64,000 nucleotides of DNA from an uncultured Planctomycetota bacterium. Lineage in GTDB: Bacteria; Planctomycetota; Planctomycetia; Isosphaerales; Isosphaeraceae. Position numbers and translations under genes: made by a program. Positions 1-11,030 of this stretch are shown here, one piece after another. The notes beneath the pieces are model-generated. The model saw nothing but the letters and a program-made list of their open reading frames with translations. It was not told the DNA's origin and did not search any database. Positions within the stretch are counted from its first letter, which is position 1, and every line of letters starts with the position of its first letter. The stretch covers positions 783,861-847,860 of the forward strand of contig CAWJTV010000005.1 in NCBI GenBank assembly GCA_963845755.1, given 5' to 3'.

Positions 1-631
1 AATGGCAAGTCGTAAGGGAACATCATCACGAGGATCCGGTCGCCCTTGAAACTCGGCTGCTCGCGCAACTGATCATCTTGATAGCGGCAGTTCACGCAGA
101 TGCCCGAGTAGACCTCGCCGGCGAACGATCGCGTGTCAACCTCGTCGGAGGCGTTCACCGTATAGGTGAATCCACATTGCGGACAGGCGACCTCTTTGTG
201 CCGGCCCATCAAGGTCGGGGCCATGGATCCGGTCGGGATCACGAATGCCTGGGCTTCGAATCCCCGAACGACCAGCGCCAGGATAAAGGCCACCACGACG
301 GCCTCGATCGTGTCACGATAGCCTTCCTTGGTGCGAAGTTCAGTAGGGAGGGTGGATGGCCGGATGGTGCCGGCCGGTTTGGGCTGAATGGCGGTTGACC
401 GTCCCATCGTCGCGTGTTCCCTTTCCTCGATCTCGCGGGGGCGAGTGGAGCATCGGTCCGTTGCGGTTCCGACGCACCTGGCTGCGACTGCGGTTGAGCG
501 GCCGGTTCCGCAGCTTCCCCGCGAGTCTGACGATCATCCGGACCCGAGGCGATAGCGAAGGATCGGGTGTGATCCTCTCCCGGAATGCGTCGGGTTCGGA
601 AGACGCGCAGACCGAGCGAGCGCAAACTGCC

Positions 632-2086
632 CTATCGAATGTAACGAATCCGACGAGGATCGGGAACCCAGCAAACCGATCGCCCGAACACTTGGAGCGG
701 GACCACCTCCCCCGGCAGATGGACGAGGAACGGCTTGCCCAGAAACATCGAGCCGGGAACCACCGGCTTTCCCTCCCAGAAACGCGAATCATTCGAAACC
801 GGGCTATTGTCACCCAGGACGAAGTATTCATCCGGGCCAAGCTCGACGGGCGATCGCAGCCCGTTACCCTGGCGCGGGGTATTCGCCAGGGTGCCGGTGT
901 AATGCAGGTCGCGGTAGATCTTCAAATCGCTCACGGTCAGCTCGCCCCCATCCACGCCTAGCCCGATCGGGCTTTCACCGACAATGGGGATGGCCCGTCG
1001 GCTCTCATAGTCGAACGGATCGAACAGAAGCCGACCATCGACGGCCAACAGCACTCGCTGGTCGAACGCCGATGCCTCCAGGGTGACGGTGCGAGGCCAG
1101 TGCCCCTTCTCTCGGAAGGGATTCCAGCAGTTCGATAGGGCGACGTGTTTGCCGTTATGCACCAGCTCGATCTCGCCGCCCAGCCGGACCGGGACACGCA
1201 CTTCGAACTGGTCGGAGCCGGAGCGGAGCGCCGCCGAGATCGCGTCAACCGACTCCGTGACCGTCAGTCGGGCTGTCAGACCGAGGTCAACCACCTCGTT
1301 CTCGGCCGGGAAACCGCCACCATTGTACGCGTAGAAATCGCGAACCGGTCCGTAACGTCGGCGCCACGGGTCCCAATGCCGATAGAGGATCCAGTCGCCA
1401 GGCCCGACTCCGGGTGTAGCCTGGTGCACGAATCCCTGTCAACCTCGAACCCATCCCGTCTTCGACGAGCGATAACCCCAGCCCGACCGGAAGATCCAAC
1501 GGGGAAATCGGTCCGAATCCCGGGGCTGATAACCGGAGTCATGCACCAGGATGCGCATGGCCCTCTGTTCCTCGAGCGTCTTCCGGACGATCTGGCCGTC
1601 AACATAGATGTCGCCGTCGAGGATGCGGACCGATTCGCCCGGGAGTCCGACGACCCGTTTGACATAAGCCTGTGACGGTTCCCCAGGGAAGTGGAACACG
1701 GCGACCTCCCAGCGCTTCGGGCGCCGGAAGTCGTACAGGAACTTCTGGACGAGTACGCGATCGCCACCACACTCGACGGCCGGCGCCCGATCCATGTCAC
1801 CCTGACCGCAATTCGGACAGACCGCCATCCCCGAATGACCTTCCTCATCGATGCCGACCAGGAAGACGAATTCGCAGTTCGAGCAGACCAGCTCCCGATG
1901 CCAGCCCAGCAGTGTCGGAGCCATCGAGCCCGTCGGCACCACGTAAGCTTCGGCTGAGAAGGTCCGAGCCAGGATCACGCAGAGACACAGGAAGACTAGC
2001 AGCTCGACGGTCTGGCGCACCACGCCCGCACCCCGTTTGATCGGTTGGAGCTGTCGGCGATCGGGAATTGGCGGCGATTCAGTCAT
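632..2086 (-). CDS. lepB: Signal peptidase I, long planctomycete type; split by an indel near 1435
   Basis: ORF 1439-2086 has a TM segment, the catalytic Ser box (VPTGSMAPTL) and Lys box (YVKRVVGLPGE); ORF 632-1429 has the C-terminal box YFVLGDNSPVSNDSRFW; directly downstream of lepA. Confidence 0.93.
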
Positions 2087-2147
2087 TTTCGTGATACGGA
2101 ATCGGCTGCGATCGTGTTAAGAAACTGTCCGAGAAGCGGACCGGGGT

Positions 2148-2211
2148 TTGTAGGGTGGGTGAAACCCACCAGAATCGGGACACTTCCTGGTGGGTTTCAC
2201 CCACCCTACAA
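2148..2211. repeat. GTAG-type REP doublet (REPIN-like inverted pair)
   Basis: TTGTAGGGTGGGTGAAACCCACCAG (2148-2172) and its exact reverse complement at 2187-2211; each unit has GTAG plus an internal GGTGGGT/ACCCACC hairpin; intergenic between lepA and lepB. Confidence 0.85.
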
Positions 2212-2355
2212 GATTCTCGGATAGTTCTTAGGCCGGAGCCCCCGTGTCGGTCTCGGCCACTATTCAGAGAGAACCATCGGTCGTCCCTCGGCGGGGTCCA
2301 ATCGGCCACGCCAAACCACAGCGGCATCCGTTATTCCCGACGGTCAACTGCGCCA

Positions 2356-4162
2356 TCAATCATCACTGTCATCAAGCACTGAGAGGAAGGCGTCCTGAGA
2401 GATCTCGACGCTCCCTACCTGTTTCATACGTTTCTTCCCCTCCTTTTGCTTTTCCAGGAGTTTCCGTTTTCGGGAGATGTCACCTCCATAACATTTCGCG
2501 GTGACATTCTTGCGCAAGGCGGAGATGGTCTCGCGGGCGATCACCCGGCTGCCAATCGCAGCCTGGATGGCCACCTCGAATTGATGACGTTCGATCTCGC
2601 CGCGCAGTTTGCGAACCAGCTTCCGGCCCCGGCGATCCGCATGGCGCACGATGTACGACCGTCGAAAGAGCATCAACCCGCTGACCGGCGACCAGGATAT
2701 CCAACCGGCAGAGTTCCCCGGCGCGATAGCCGATGACCTCGTAGTCCATGGTGCCGTAACCCCGGGTCGCACTCTTCAATTTGTCGTAAAGATCGTAAAT
2801 CATTTCCGCCAAAGGCAATTCATAGCTCAAGATCGCCCGCGTCAGCGACAGATACTCCGTTTTCAAATAGACACCCCGACGATCCTCACAAAGCTGCATG
2901 ATGGCGCCTATGCAATCAGACGGGATGATGAAATTCAGTCGAGCGATGGGCTCTCGGAATTCCTCGATCTCGCCGGAATCGGGAATTCGGGTGGGGTTCG
3001 AGATATAGCTGATCTCACCGCTCCGTGTAACGATCTCGTACGTTACGGTGGGGGCGGTCTGGACGAGCGAGAGGTTGCTCTCGCGTTCCAGCCGCTGCTG
3101 GACGATTTCCATGTGGAGCATACCCAGGAAACCGCAACGGAAGCCGAATCCAAGTGCGTCGGAGGTTTCCGGCTCAAACGTAAAGCTAGAATCATTAAGC
3201 GCCAATTTTTGAAGGGCTGTCCTCAGATCGTCGAACTGCGTATGAGTTGCGGGGAACAAGCCGCAAAAGACAACAGGGACGGGCTCAAGGTAGCCGGGCA
3301 AGGCAACCTGCGCCGGGCCGGGGACCTGGGTGATAGTGTCGCCGATCCGGATATCGGAGAGCCGTTTGATGTTGGCGATGACGTAACCGACCTGTCCGAC
3401 GCCCAGCTCGTCGCAAGCGACTTCACGTGGCCGAAACCGGCCAAGACCCGTCACCTCGTAGTCCGTTTCGCCGGCCATGAGGCGGATTCTCTGTCCGACG
3501 CGTAGTATGCCGTCGACAACCCGGACGTAGGTGATCACCCCCTGATAATCATCGAACTTGGAATCGAAGATCAAGGCGCGGAGAGGCGCCTTCGGGTCAC
3601 CCGCGGGAGCCGGAACCCGTTCGATGATGGCTCGAAACACATCGGGAACCCCCTGCCCTGACTTGGCACTGACGGCCAGGACATCACTCGGCTCGATCCC
3701 CAGGCTGGTCATCATCTCTTCCTTGACGACCTCGGGCCGGGACGCCTGCATGTCGATCTTGTTGAGCACGGGTACGATCGCCAGGTCATTTCCCGCAGCC
3801 AGGTAGGCGTTGGCCACCGTCTGGGCCTGAACCCCCTGCGTCGCGTCCACGAGCAAGATCGCCCCTTCGCAGGCCGCGAGGCTGCGCGACACCTCGTAAT
3901 GGAAGTCAACGTGGCCGGGCGTGTCGATGAGGTTCAGCTCGTAAACCTGGCCGTCCAGCGTGTAATTGATCGCGACGGCCCGTGCCTTGATCGTGATTCC
4001 GCGCTCGCGTTCCAGATCCATGTCGTCGAGCAATTGCTCGCGGAATTCGCGCTGGGTGATCGCTCCGGATTGAAGCAGGAGTTGGTCCGCGAGCGTGCTT
4101 TTGCCGTGATCGATGTGCGCGACGATCGAGAAATTCCGGATGAATCGAGGATCAAAAGCCAT
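2356..4162 (-). CDS. lepA: Elongation factor 4 (LepA GTPase); split by an indel near 2645
   Basis: [50 protein letters not shown]-terminus [31 protein letters not shown] in ORF 2356-2772. Confidence 0.97.
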
Positions 4163-4893
4163 GGTCAGGTCCAGCACCTTGGTTTCGGCCATTTCGGACC
4201 GAGAAGTTGATTCCGAACTTCGATGTTTGGAAGCATGATTGAAGCAATTACAGGAAGGACTTTATCGAGGGGCTCCGACCCGTCGCGCCGGAACGGGCGG
4301 AGGGGAAAGGTCGTCGAGGCGAGGAGGCAAGCCGACGGGTCTTCAAGCTTTGTGTTCCATAAATCCTGGTTTCACCAGACCATCGGAATTCCGACGTCCG
4401 CCTTCGAGGCGAAGTTTCGGCTCTCTGCACTCAGATTGCATGATTATATTGGGTCAGGTCAATGACGAGAAGGCGGGTTATGGTCGGCAACGCGGCAGAG
4501 CCGGCCGATCGCGATCGAGGGCTGCACCCGTGCAGGCGAGTTTTCCGGAACTCGTCACGTCCCTCTCCAATGATCCAGCCATCGGATCCAGGCTGGTCAC
4601 GCCCGCTTCTTCTCGGGGTTCCGCCAGTGGAATGCGGCCGGCGAAGGAGGGCAAGGCACGTTGCGATCATGGCGTTACTCAAGACGAACTCGATGAAGAT
4701 TCTCCAGAAGACTTCCTCCATTTCACTGAGTTTCTTGACGCTACAAATCCTTACAATATAGGGATTTGCGGAAATTCAGATTGTCGAGGGGCTCACGCCA
4801 CTGGCCACGTGCGGTCACCCCCCGGGGCTTTGGGAACCGACTCTCCGTGCGATTAATGAATATATTCTATTTGTTCATATCTTAGTATATTTG

Positions 4894-5069
4894 TCCGTAG
4901 GCTCCCCGCGCCGTGCGTGCATCTGGGGATTCCGAATTCCGGATTCGAGATTCCGGAGTCCCGAATCCTTCCCCTTCGGGAATCCGGAATCTCGAATCCG
5001 GAATCCCAATTGATTCCCCTTCGGGACTCGGGCATCTCGAATCCGGAATCCCGATTGGGTTGCGGCCGA
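4894..5069 (+). repeat. GTAG-headed heptamer-array repeat, copy 1 (interrupted by ISAzo13; tail resumes at 6532-6544)
   Basis: Near-identical to 6553-6739; head GTAGG..GCGCCGTGCG, arrays of GGATTCC-like then GGAATCC-like heptamers, tail GGGTTGCGGCCGA. Confidence 0.85.
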
Positions 5070-6531
5070 GGAACACCGACGAAATAACTTCCCGACTTCA
5101 CACATTGGGTAAAATGCGGTAGTTCCAGCGTGGCAGGATGGCGTCCCGGAGCAGCTTCACGGCATCCTTGGCGGTTTCGCTGACCTTTCGGCCGAGTTGA
5201 TAGACCTTGTCCAGGATGTCGACTTGAACCGTCAGGCCCGTCCGCGTCGTGGCTTTCCTCATCAGTTCGGCGACCCAGTCGATGTTGTGCAGGATGACGC
5301 CCTTGCAGACCCGCGTCAGGTGGGGGAACAGGCGATGTTCGATCGGGTTGAACTTCGAGGCGTACGGCGGATAGTGCGCCACCCGGATCTCCAACTCCAG
5401 GTCGTTGGCCAGGCGTTGCAAGTCGGCCCGGAACAAGTGCTGCTGGTAGCGGTCGTTGTCCGCCGGGTTGCTCCCGCCGCCATCGCAGAGCAGCAGCAGC
5501 GACGTCGCCTGCGGGTAGACCGCGTTGCCGAATCGGTCCCACCAGTCCTTGACGCAGTCGCATGCGAATTCGCTGGTATCATGACTCGTGCCTAGGTGGA
5601 TGTATCCGCGATTCTGCTTGAGGTCGTAGATCCCGTGGGGCAACACGAATCCCTCGGCGAACTCGTCGAAGTCGTGGTCGAACACCCGGATCGTCTGTCG
5701 CGTCTGGAGCGTGCCGGCGCGGAAGAAGTTGCCGAGCCGTTCTCGGGATTTCAGGTCCATGCTCAGGACCGGGTGGGGGGAGTCGAGGTATTCCCCCTTG
5801 AGCCGGCCGATCGTCTGGAATTGGTGGTCTCGCTCGGGGTGGCGGCTCAGCGGTTCCATGCGCAGGGCTTTGCGTTCATGGAAACCTTCCTGATCGAGCA
5901 GTTGGCTGACGATATGCACACTGACAAAGCTTCCACACTCTCGCATGCCACCTGCGATTTCGATCTTGGTCAAGTTGGTCCAGATCAGGGACTCCGCGGT
6001 TGGGCTGCCGGCGGTGCGATCGAGGAGGACCTTGTGGAAGTTGTTGGTGATCTCGGGGTCTTGATCGAGCCGCCGTCTCCGCCCCCCGCCGGGCTGGCGG
6101 ACCTGCGGAGCGGGTTCGGCGGGGAGATCCTCGAGGTCGCGCTGGCCGTGACGAATGGTCTTGGGATCGACGCCCAAGACCTTGGCGATGTACTCGACCC
6201 CGCCGTGACCCAACTTGGCCGCCTCGACCGCCGCATACCGTCGCCGATCATTCTCGCGCAAGGAATGGTAGAATGCTCTCATGGTCCGCTCGACGTCCGG
6301 GGAATAAGGCGACATGATTGGCCTCCGGCTAAAGACCCAGATACGGAACAATCCTCGCTATACCACCGCACGCCCCCCCGGGACCAGAAGGGCCCTCCGA
6401 AAACCGACATCGCGGGGAGGCAGACGGGTCTGCGCCCGAGGAACAGCCTGGATCTTCCTATCTTACCTAGGTTCTCATGGCGAACAGCAGTTTGGCACCA
6501 TGAAATGGGGATGTTATTTCGTCGGCGTTCC
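5070..6531 (-). mobile_element. ISAzo13-family insertion sequence
   Basis: 31-bp imperfect terminal inverted repeats (GGAACACCGACGAAATAACTTCCCGACTTCA at 5070-5100 versus reverse complement of 6501-6531, 4 mismatches) enclosing a transposase. Confidence 0.9.
5098..6315 (-). CDS. ISAzo13-family (Rhodopirellula-type DDE) transposase
   Basis: RRRYAAVEAAKLGHGG, RQPGGGR, VLSMDLK, GTSHDTSEFA, LLLLCDGGGSN, HYPPYASKFNPIEHRLF, WNYRILP motifs; stop codon lies inside the left inverted repeat. Confidence 0.92.
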   Translation of the reverse strand: MSPYSPDVERTMRAFYHSLRENDRRRYAAVEAAKLGHGGVEYIAKVLGVDPKTIRHGQRDLEDLPAEPAPQVRQPGGGRRRRLDQDPEITNNFHKVLLDRTAGSPTAESLIWTNLTKIEIAGGMRECGSFVSVHIVSQLLDQEGFHERKALRMEPLSRHPERDHQFQTIGRLKGEYLDSPHPVLSMDLKSRERLGNFFRAGTLQTRQTIRVFDHDFDEFAEGFVLPHGIYDLKQNRGYIHLGTSHDTSEFACDCVKDWWDRFGNAVYPQATSLLLLCDGGGSNPADNDRYQQHLFRADLQRLANDLELEIRVAHYPPYASKFNPIEHRLFPHLTRVCKGVILHNIDWVAELMRKATTRTGLTVQVDILDKVYQLGRKVSETAKDAVKLLRDAILPRWNYRILPNV

Positions 6532-6552
6532 AAGGCCGCGTTAGAGTCGTCC

Positions 6553-6739
6553 TCCGTAGGATCCCTGCGCCGTGCGCGAAACTGGGGATTCCGAATTCCG
6601 GATTCGAGATTCCGGAGTCCCGAATCCTTCCCCTTCGGGACTCCGGAATCTCGAATCGGGATCCCAATTGATTCCCCTTCGGGAATCCGGAATCTCGAAT
6701 CCGGAATCCCGATTGGGTTGCGGCCGAAGGCCGCGTTAG
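6553..6739 (+). repeat. GTAG-headed heptamer-array repeat, copy 2 (intact)
   Basis: GTAGGATCCCTGCGCCGTGCGC head, inverted heptamer arrays, terminal hairpin GCGGCC-GAA-GGCCGC then GTTAG. Confidence 0.85.
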
Positions 6740-6759
6740 GGAAATGTCCTGGAAGTCAA

Positions 6760-9700
6760 CTATGGACTCGGGTGCCAGTTGTCGCCGATTTCAGCTCGAA
6801 GATATACCTCGCGGCGGGTCGGTGAAGTCGCCAGGATTTGCGCCATCTTGATGAACCCAAGGGGCCGGAGGTCCACGTCGCGGCGGTCTGCGAGCGCGGT
6901 CAGCTCGGCGACTAACAACGATTCGGCGTGTTCGGGATCAACCAATGCCCAGGCCATGAGCCATCGGTCGCCCGCGAGTCCGGCCGACGGGGCGAAGTCG
7001 AGGCTACTCCGGGATTCGATGTCCCAGAGAATCTGTCGCGCTGCGACCGTGTCGGTCAGGGCCAGGACGGCGGCGGCGGCGATCTCCGAGCGAACCTGAG
7101 TTGCGGCGTCGCGGTGCGGGCCCGCGCCTCGGGTCGCCAACACATGGGCAATCACACTATCCATGTCCGGATAGCCGGCATTCCGTGAGTGTGCGGCGAT
7201 CCAGGCGGCCGAGAGAGTCGCGCCGCCAAATCCGTTGAATTGCTCTGGATGGTCGAGCGGCCTGAGGGCAGAGTCGATCAGGCTGATAGCCCAGGCTCGG
7301 CCCTGATCGCCTGAGGAGGCCGCTTCCGCCAGCCACGCGAACGCCTCGGCAGTAATTCCGACAGTGGCTCCTCCTGTCTGCCCTACGGTGTCCCGCGCAA
7401 GGTTGGGGTTCCTGGAGGCGACCTTGAAGGCAATCTCCGCCCTGGTCCGCGGCCTGGCGTCTGATACCGTTTTCATCGCATCGGCCATGGCGAGGGCACG
7501 CACCGGGTTGGTCACGGCGATCGCCCGGGCGACATGGGAGACGGCAACCTCTCGCTCGTTCGGTTGCTGGATGGGCTCGATCAGCCGCATTGCGCGGTTC
7601 AGATCGATTGGTGCGAGCGAACCGGCGACCAGGCCGCGGATCGCGGCTCCCTTGCCGTCGATCGCGATTCGGGAGGCCATCGCGACGGACTCCTCGATCA
7701 GCGCACGACCGTCATCCTGGCGGCCAAGGCGGACGAGTAGAGAACCGGCCCGCGCCATCGCGGCGGTCCGTTCGGGGCTCGGATCCAAAGCGCGGGCTCG
7801 GATGGCCGCTTCCTCGGCGAATCGCAGGGCCTTGGCCCGATCCGAGTTCGCGAACCGATCCGCCAGGTCTTGCAGGAGATTCTGGCCAGGCGCGTCTCGG
7901 TCAGTCCGGAGTAGATCGAGCGCCGCCCCACCATCGGTCTCGGCCAACTGCTCGGCGGCGATGCGCCGGATTGCGTCGTCGTAGCGACCACCGTGCACGG
8001 CCGACCACGCCAGGGCCCGCTTCAGATCCAGGCGAGCCATGACGAGTATACAGCCGGATGCGCCGTTATTGTCGGCGTCCTGACCGTATCGTTCCCAGAG
8101 TCGCGTCACGATTCGATCCGCTATGGTCCGCTGCACCTCGTATCGGGGCGGCTCGACGGGCTTCCAGGGTGCGAGCGGCGGTTCGTTGTCGCGGACGAGC
8201 CGGATCTTGACGTCGCCTGCATTCCCGTCGATCCGAACCCCCGCGAGCCGGTACGTGGGCACGCTAGCGAAGACGTACTTCCCACCAGGGTAGAGCCCTT
8301 CGAGCCGGAACCGGCCCTTCTCGTCGGTCCAGGTGCTGGCAAGGTCGGGTGCGTCGCCGCGGTTGAATACGGATGCTCTCGCAAAGGGTCGACCGGCGGC
8401 GTCCACCACGGTTCCCGACACATAACCGCTCGTATCTTCGAGCACGATCCGACCGAGGTCCCGCTCCTCCCCGGCCCGGCCGGTGCCCTCGGGCGTTTCG
8501 GCTTTACCATAGCCTTCGGCCTCGACCGTCACCTTGAATCGTTCGCCCGTCCAGAGGGCACGGGTCACGAATCGGCCGGAGGCGTCGGTCGTGTAGACAT
8601 CCAGCGTCCCTCGCGCTCCGCTGGGCTGGCCCCAGTTGAAAGCGGGATAGCGGCCCCACCAGAGGGACACCTTGGCACCTTCGATCGGCCCTCCGACCCG
8701 GTTCGTCACCATCCCGCGGATGCGCCATGATCGTGCCGGCTCGATCGTCAGCGTGAGTCGTCCCCTTTGTTCTCGAGGCCGGATTGAGACGTCTGGGTTC
8801 GTCGCTGCGGTGTCGGTTCGTGACAGCACGGTGATGTTGTCGTCGGGGATGAGTTGTTCGAGGCGGAAAGTTCCATCGGGCTGAGTTACGGTCGTTGGGC
8901 CTTTCAGCGCCTGCGGAAGATCGTGGGGACTGATTACGAAAACATTCGCGCCAGGGACCGGACGACCCTGTCCATCCACGGCGATTCCGTCCACCGTCAG
9001 GGACCGGGCCAGCTTGAGATCCGGCCATTTCTGATCGCCGCCAACATTCAGCTTGGGCCAAATGTCGGAGTGGAGGCCGGTATTGGTCTTCGTGTGTCCA
9101 GGGACGACCTGGACGAGCCTCGGCGGATGCGGAATGGAGACGCGATAACGGCCCTGGGCGTCCGTGCTGGCCCTCGGATGCCATGCACTGTTGTAGGGGT
9201 TCTGACCCAGGAGGACGCCAAGGTTCACACCGGCGAGACCCTGGCCATTCTCCGCGTCGATGACTCGGCCCTCGATCACGGGAAGGCGGCGGACCTTGAC
9301 TGCCAGGCCGGCGACCGCCGAGCCAGGTGCGACCGTGACTCCGTAGACGCCCTGGGAATCGTAGGGCCCGTCGAATGGCGTGTCGGCCTGGATGGAATAC
9401 CGGCCCGGTGGCACGTTGTCGAATTGGAATGATCCGTCCGCTTCGACGCGGGTCTCTTTGTAGACCCGCAGGGCGTACGAGTTCACCCGCACGTATCCGC
9501 CGGAATCCTCGCTGAGGAACACGCGCATTCGACCCTGTGGGCTGGGCTCGACATTCGGCTCGATTCGCCCGCGGACGCGGCCCAACCTGCTGTCCAGGAC
9601 GATCTTCATCGGTGCCGTCGTATGCCATCGGAGGGAGGGAGAGGCGAAGGCAGGCGCCTCGATCGTGACCGTGATCATCGCGTCCTTGGGGATGTGACGA

Positions 9701-10563
9701 AGCGTGAAGGATCCCTCGCGATCCGTCCTCGCCGCGTGCCTCCGAGCGACGTCGCGGCTGAGCGAGATCGTGCCCGACGAGAAGTACGAGTGGCTGAGGG
9801 ACGTCGGAAGAACCTCGACCCCGACGATCGGACGGCCCATCTGGTCGGTCAGGCGACCACCGACCTCTGTGCCCTCCACGACCTCGATCGGATCGGGCGG
9901 CGGGCTGTTCCAGTACACGACGGATTGCCAGCCGGTCCAGCCGGACCGGTCGCGCACGAACAGGCTGACCGAGTAGGGCAACTGCCGCCCCGGACGGTTC
10001 CAGAACGCATTGAAGGAGTACCGTCCGTCTGCGTCGGCGACCGTCTCGGCGACCGTCTTGCACGTCTCCCCGTCGCCATGGAGGACCCAGACGCGTGCGC
10101 CGGCGACTCCCTGGGACTTGTAGACGACCCGTCCGGCGAGGTCGCCCGGATCCGCGGCCGCGAACGGGATGCCTCCCACGGCCACCAGCCACGATACGCC
10201 CAGGAGGGCGAGGGCCTTGGTGGATCGTCGCCGATCCTCGGAGCGACGCCAGCCGAACGCGGCCCAGATCAGAAGGGCAAGGCCCGTCGCGGTCACGGCG
10301 TTGCTGACGACGGAATCGACGAACATCCTCCAGAGGACGTCCTCCAGGTTCCTGGCCTCTTGACGCACGGTCAGGTAGGGCATGATTCGCAATCCGACCA
10401 CCGCGGTCAGAATAAGGCCGAGCGCCGTGGCCGTCACCTTGGAGACCTGGGGATGCCGGCTTCGACCGACCCAGGAGACGTAGAATCCCACGAGTATTAC
10501 CGAAATGGTCGGTAATTGGGAGAGGATGTTCTGGAACATCACGATGCGATCGGTGTTGCGCAT
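6760..10563 (-). CDS. Large membrane-anchored protein with repeated carboxypeptidase-regulatory-like (prealbumin-fold) domains and a helical-repeat C-terminus
   Basis: 1267-aa open frame; N-terminal TM helices; repeated G-R-V-x-D..G-P-V-x-GA-x-V / T-D-x-x-G-R-F motifs; Ala-rich helical C-terminus. Confidence 0.8.
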   Translation of the reverse strand: MRNTDRIVMFQNILSQLPTISVILVGFYVSWVGRSRHPQVSKVTATALGLILTAVVGLRIMPYLTVRQEARNLEDVLWRMFVDSVVSNAVTATGLALLIWAAFGWRRSEDRRRSTKALALLGVSWLVAVGGIPFAAADPGDLAGRVVYKSQGVAGARVWVLHGDGETCKTVAETVADADGRYSFNAFWNRPGRQLPYSVSLFVRDRSGWTGWQSVVYWNSPPPDPIEVVEGTEVGGRLTDQMGRPIVGVEVLPTSLSHSYFSSGTISLSRDVARRHAARTDREGSFTLRHIPKDAMITVTIEAPAFASPSLRWHTTAPMKIVLDSRLGRVRGRIEPNVEPSPQGRMRVFLSEDSGGYVRVNSYALRVYKETRVEADGSFQFDNVPPGRYSIQADTPFDGPYDSQGVYGVTVAPGSAVAGLAVKVRRLPVIEGRVIDAENGQGLAGVNLGVLLGQNPYNSAWHPRASTDAQGRYRVSIPHPPRLVQVVPGHTKTNTGLHSDIWPKLNVGGDQKWPDLKLARSLTVDGIAVDGQGRPVPGANVFVISPHDLPQALKGPTTVTQPDGTFRLEQLIPDDNITVLSRTDTAATNPDVSIRPREQRGRLTLTIEPARSWRIRGMVTNRVGGPIEGAKVSLWWGRYPAFNWGQPSGARGTLDVYTTDASGRFVTRALWTGERFKVTVEAEGYGKAETPEGTGRAGEERDLGRIVLEDTSGYVSGTVVDAAGRPFARASVFNRGDAPDLASTWTDEKGRFRLEGLYPGGKYVFASVPTYRLAGVRIDGNAGDVKIRLVRDNEPPLAPWKPVEPPRYEVQRTIADRIVTRLWERYGQDADNNGASGCILVMARLDLKRALAWSAVHGGRYDDAIRRIAAEQLAETDGGAALDLLRTDRDAPGQNLLQDLADRFANSDRAKALRFAEEAAIRARALDPSPERTAAMARAGSLLVRLGRQDDGRALIEESVAMASRIAIDGKGAAIRGLVAGSLAPIDLNRAMRLIEPIQQPNEREVAVSHVARAIAVTNPVRALAMADAMKTVSDARPRTRAEIAFKVASRNPNLARDTVGQTGGATVGITAEAFAWLAEAASSGDQGRAWAISLIDSALRPLDHPEQFNGFGGATLSAAWIAAHSRNAGYPDMDSVIAHVLATRGAGPHRDAATQVRSEIAAAAVLALTDTVAARQILWDIESRSSLDFAPSAGLAGDRWLMAWALVDPEHAESLLVAELTALADRRDVDLRPLGFIKMAQILATSPTRREVYLRAEIGDNWHPSP

Positions 10564-10612
10564 TCAATCGCCGCCCTTCTCAGGATGGATGCCTCGCTCA
10601 CGTAACGAGGAC

Positions 10613-10866
10613 TGCGGCCGCAATTGCAGAGGGATTCCCGATTCGAGATTCCGGATTCCAGATGAACAAGGATTCAGGAATCTGGAGTCCGAAATCCGGA
10701 ATCAAGGTTCCCCCAGATGCGCGCACGGCGCAGGAATCCTACCAAGGAAGACTCTGACTTGCCTTGCGGCCGCAATCAAGGACAGATTCCCGATTCGAGA
10801 TTCCGGATTCCAGAAGGGGAAGGAATCGGGAATCCTCGGTCGTGCGCACGGCGCAGGGATCCTGCG
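10613..10866 (-). repeat. Two tandem, more diverged copies (3 and 4) of the heptamer-array repeat in reverse orientation
   Basis: Reverse complements of about 10613-10742 and 10763-10866 start G(T/C)AGGAT(T/C)CCTGCGCCGTGCGC, contain GGAATCCGGAATCTCGAATCGGGAATC and end TTGCGGCCGCA. Confidence 0.8.
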
Positions 10867-11030
10867 AAGAAAGACGCGATGACGCCGGCAAGGAGAATTT
10901 GCAGGCTTGCACATACTAACCCGAAGCGTCGGGGAGGCTCTGCGGCCGTTCCCCTCGCTGAAGCTTCGGGTTAGCATGTGGGCCTCCTTCGTCCCGGGGG
11001 ATACCGCATGGACCGCATCTTTCCATACCT

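Noticed and set aside
1..630. Short ORFs at the window start and at 4223-4856
   Set aside because: No recognisable motifs, RBS or coding-like composition
632..4162. Pseudogenes or programmed frameshifts in lepA/lepB and other split genes
   Set aside because: Breaks are single-base indels scattered through conserved genes with no slippery-site pattern; assembly error is the simpler explanation
4894..10866. CRISPR array suggested by the repeats
   Set aside because: Units are 7-bp arrays within longer elements; no constant repeat with unique spacers and no cas genes
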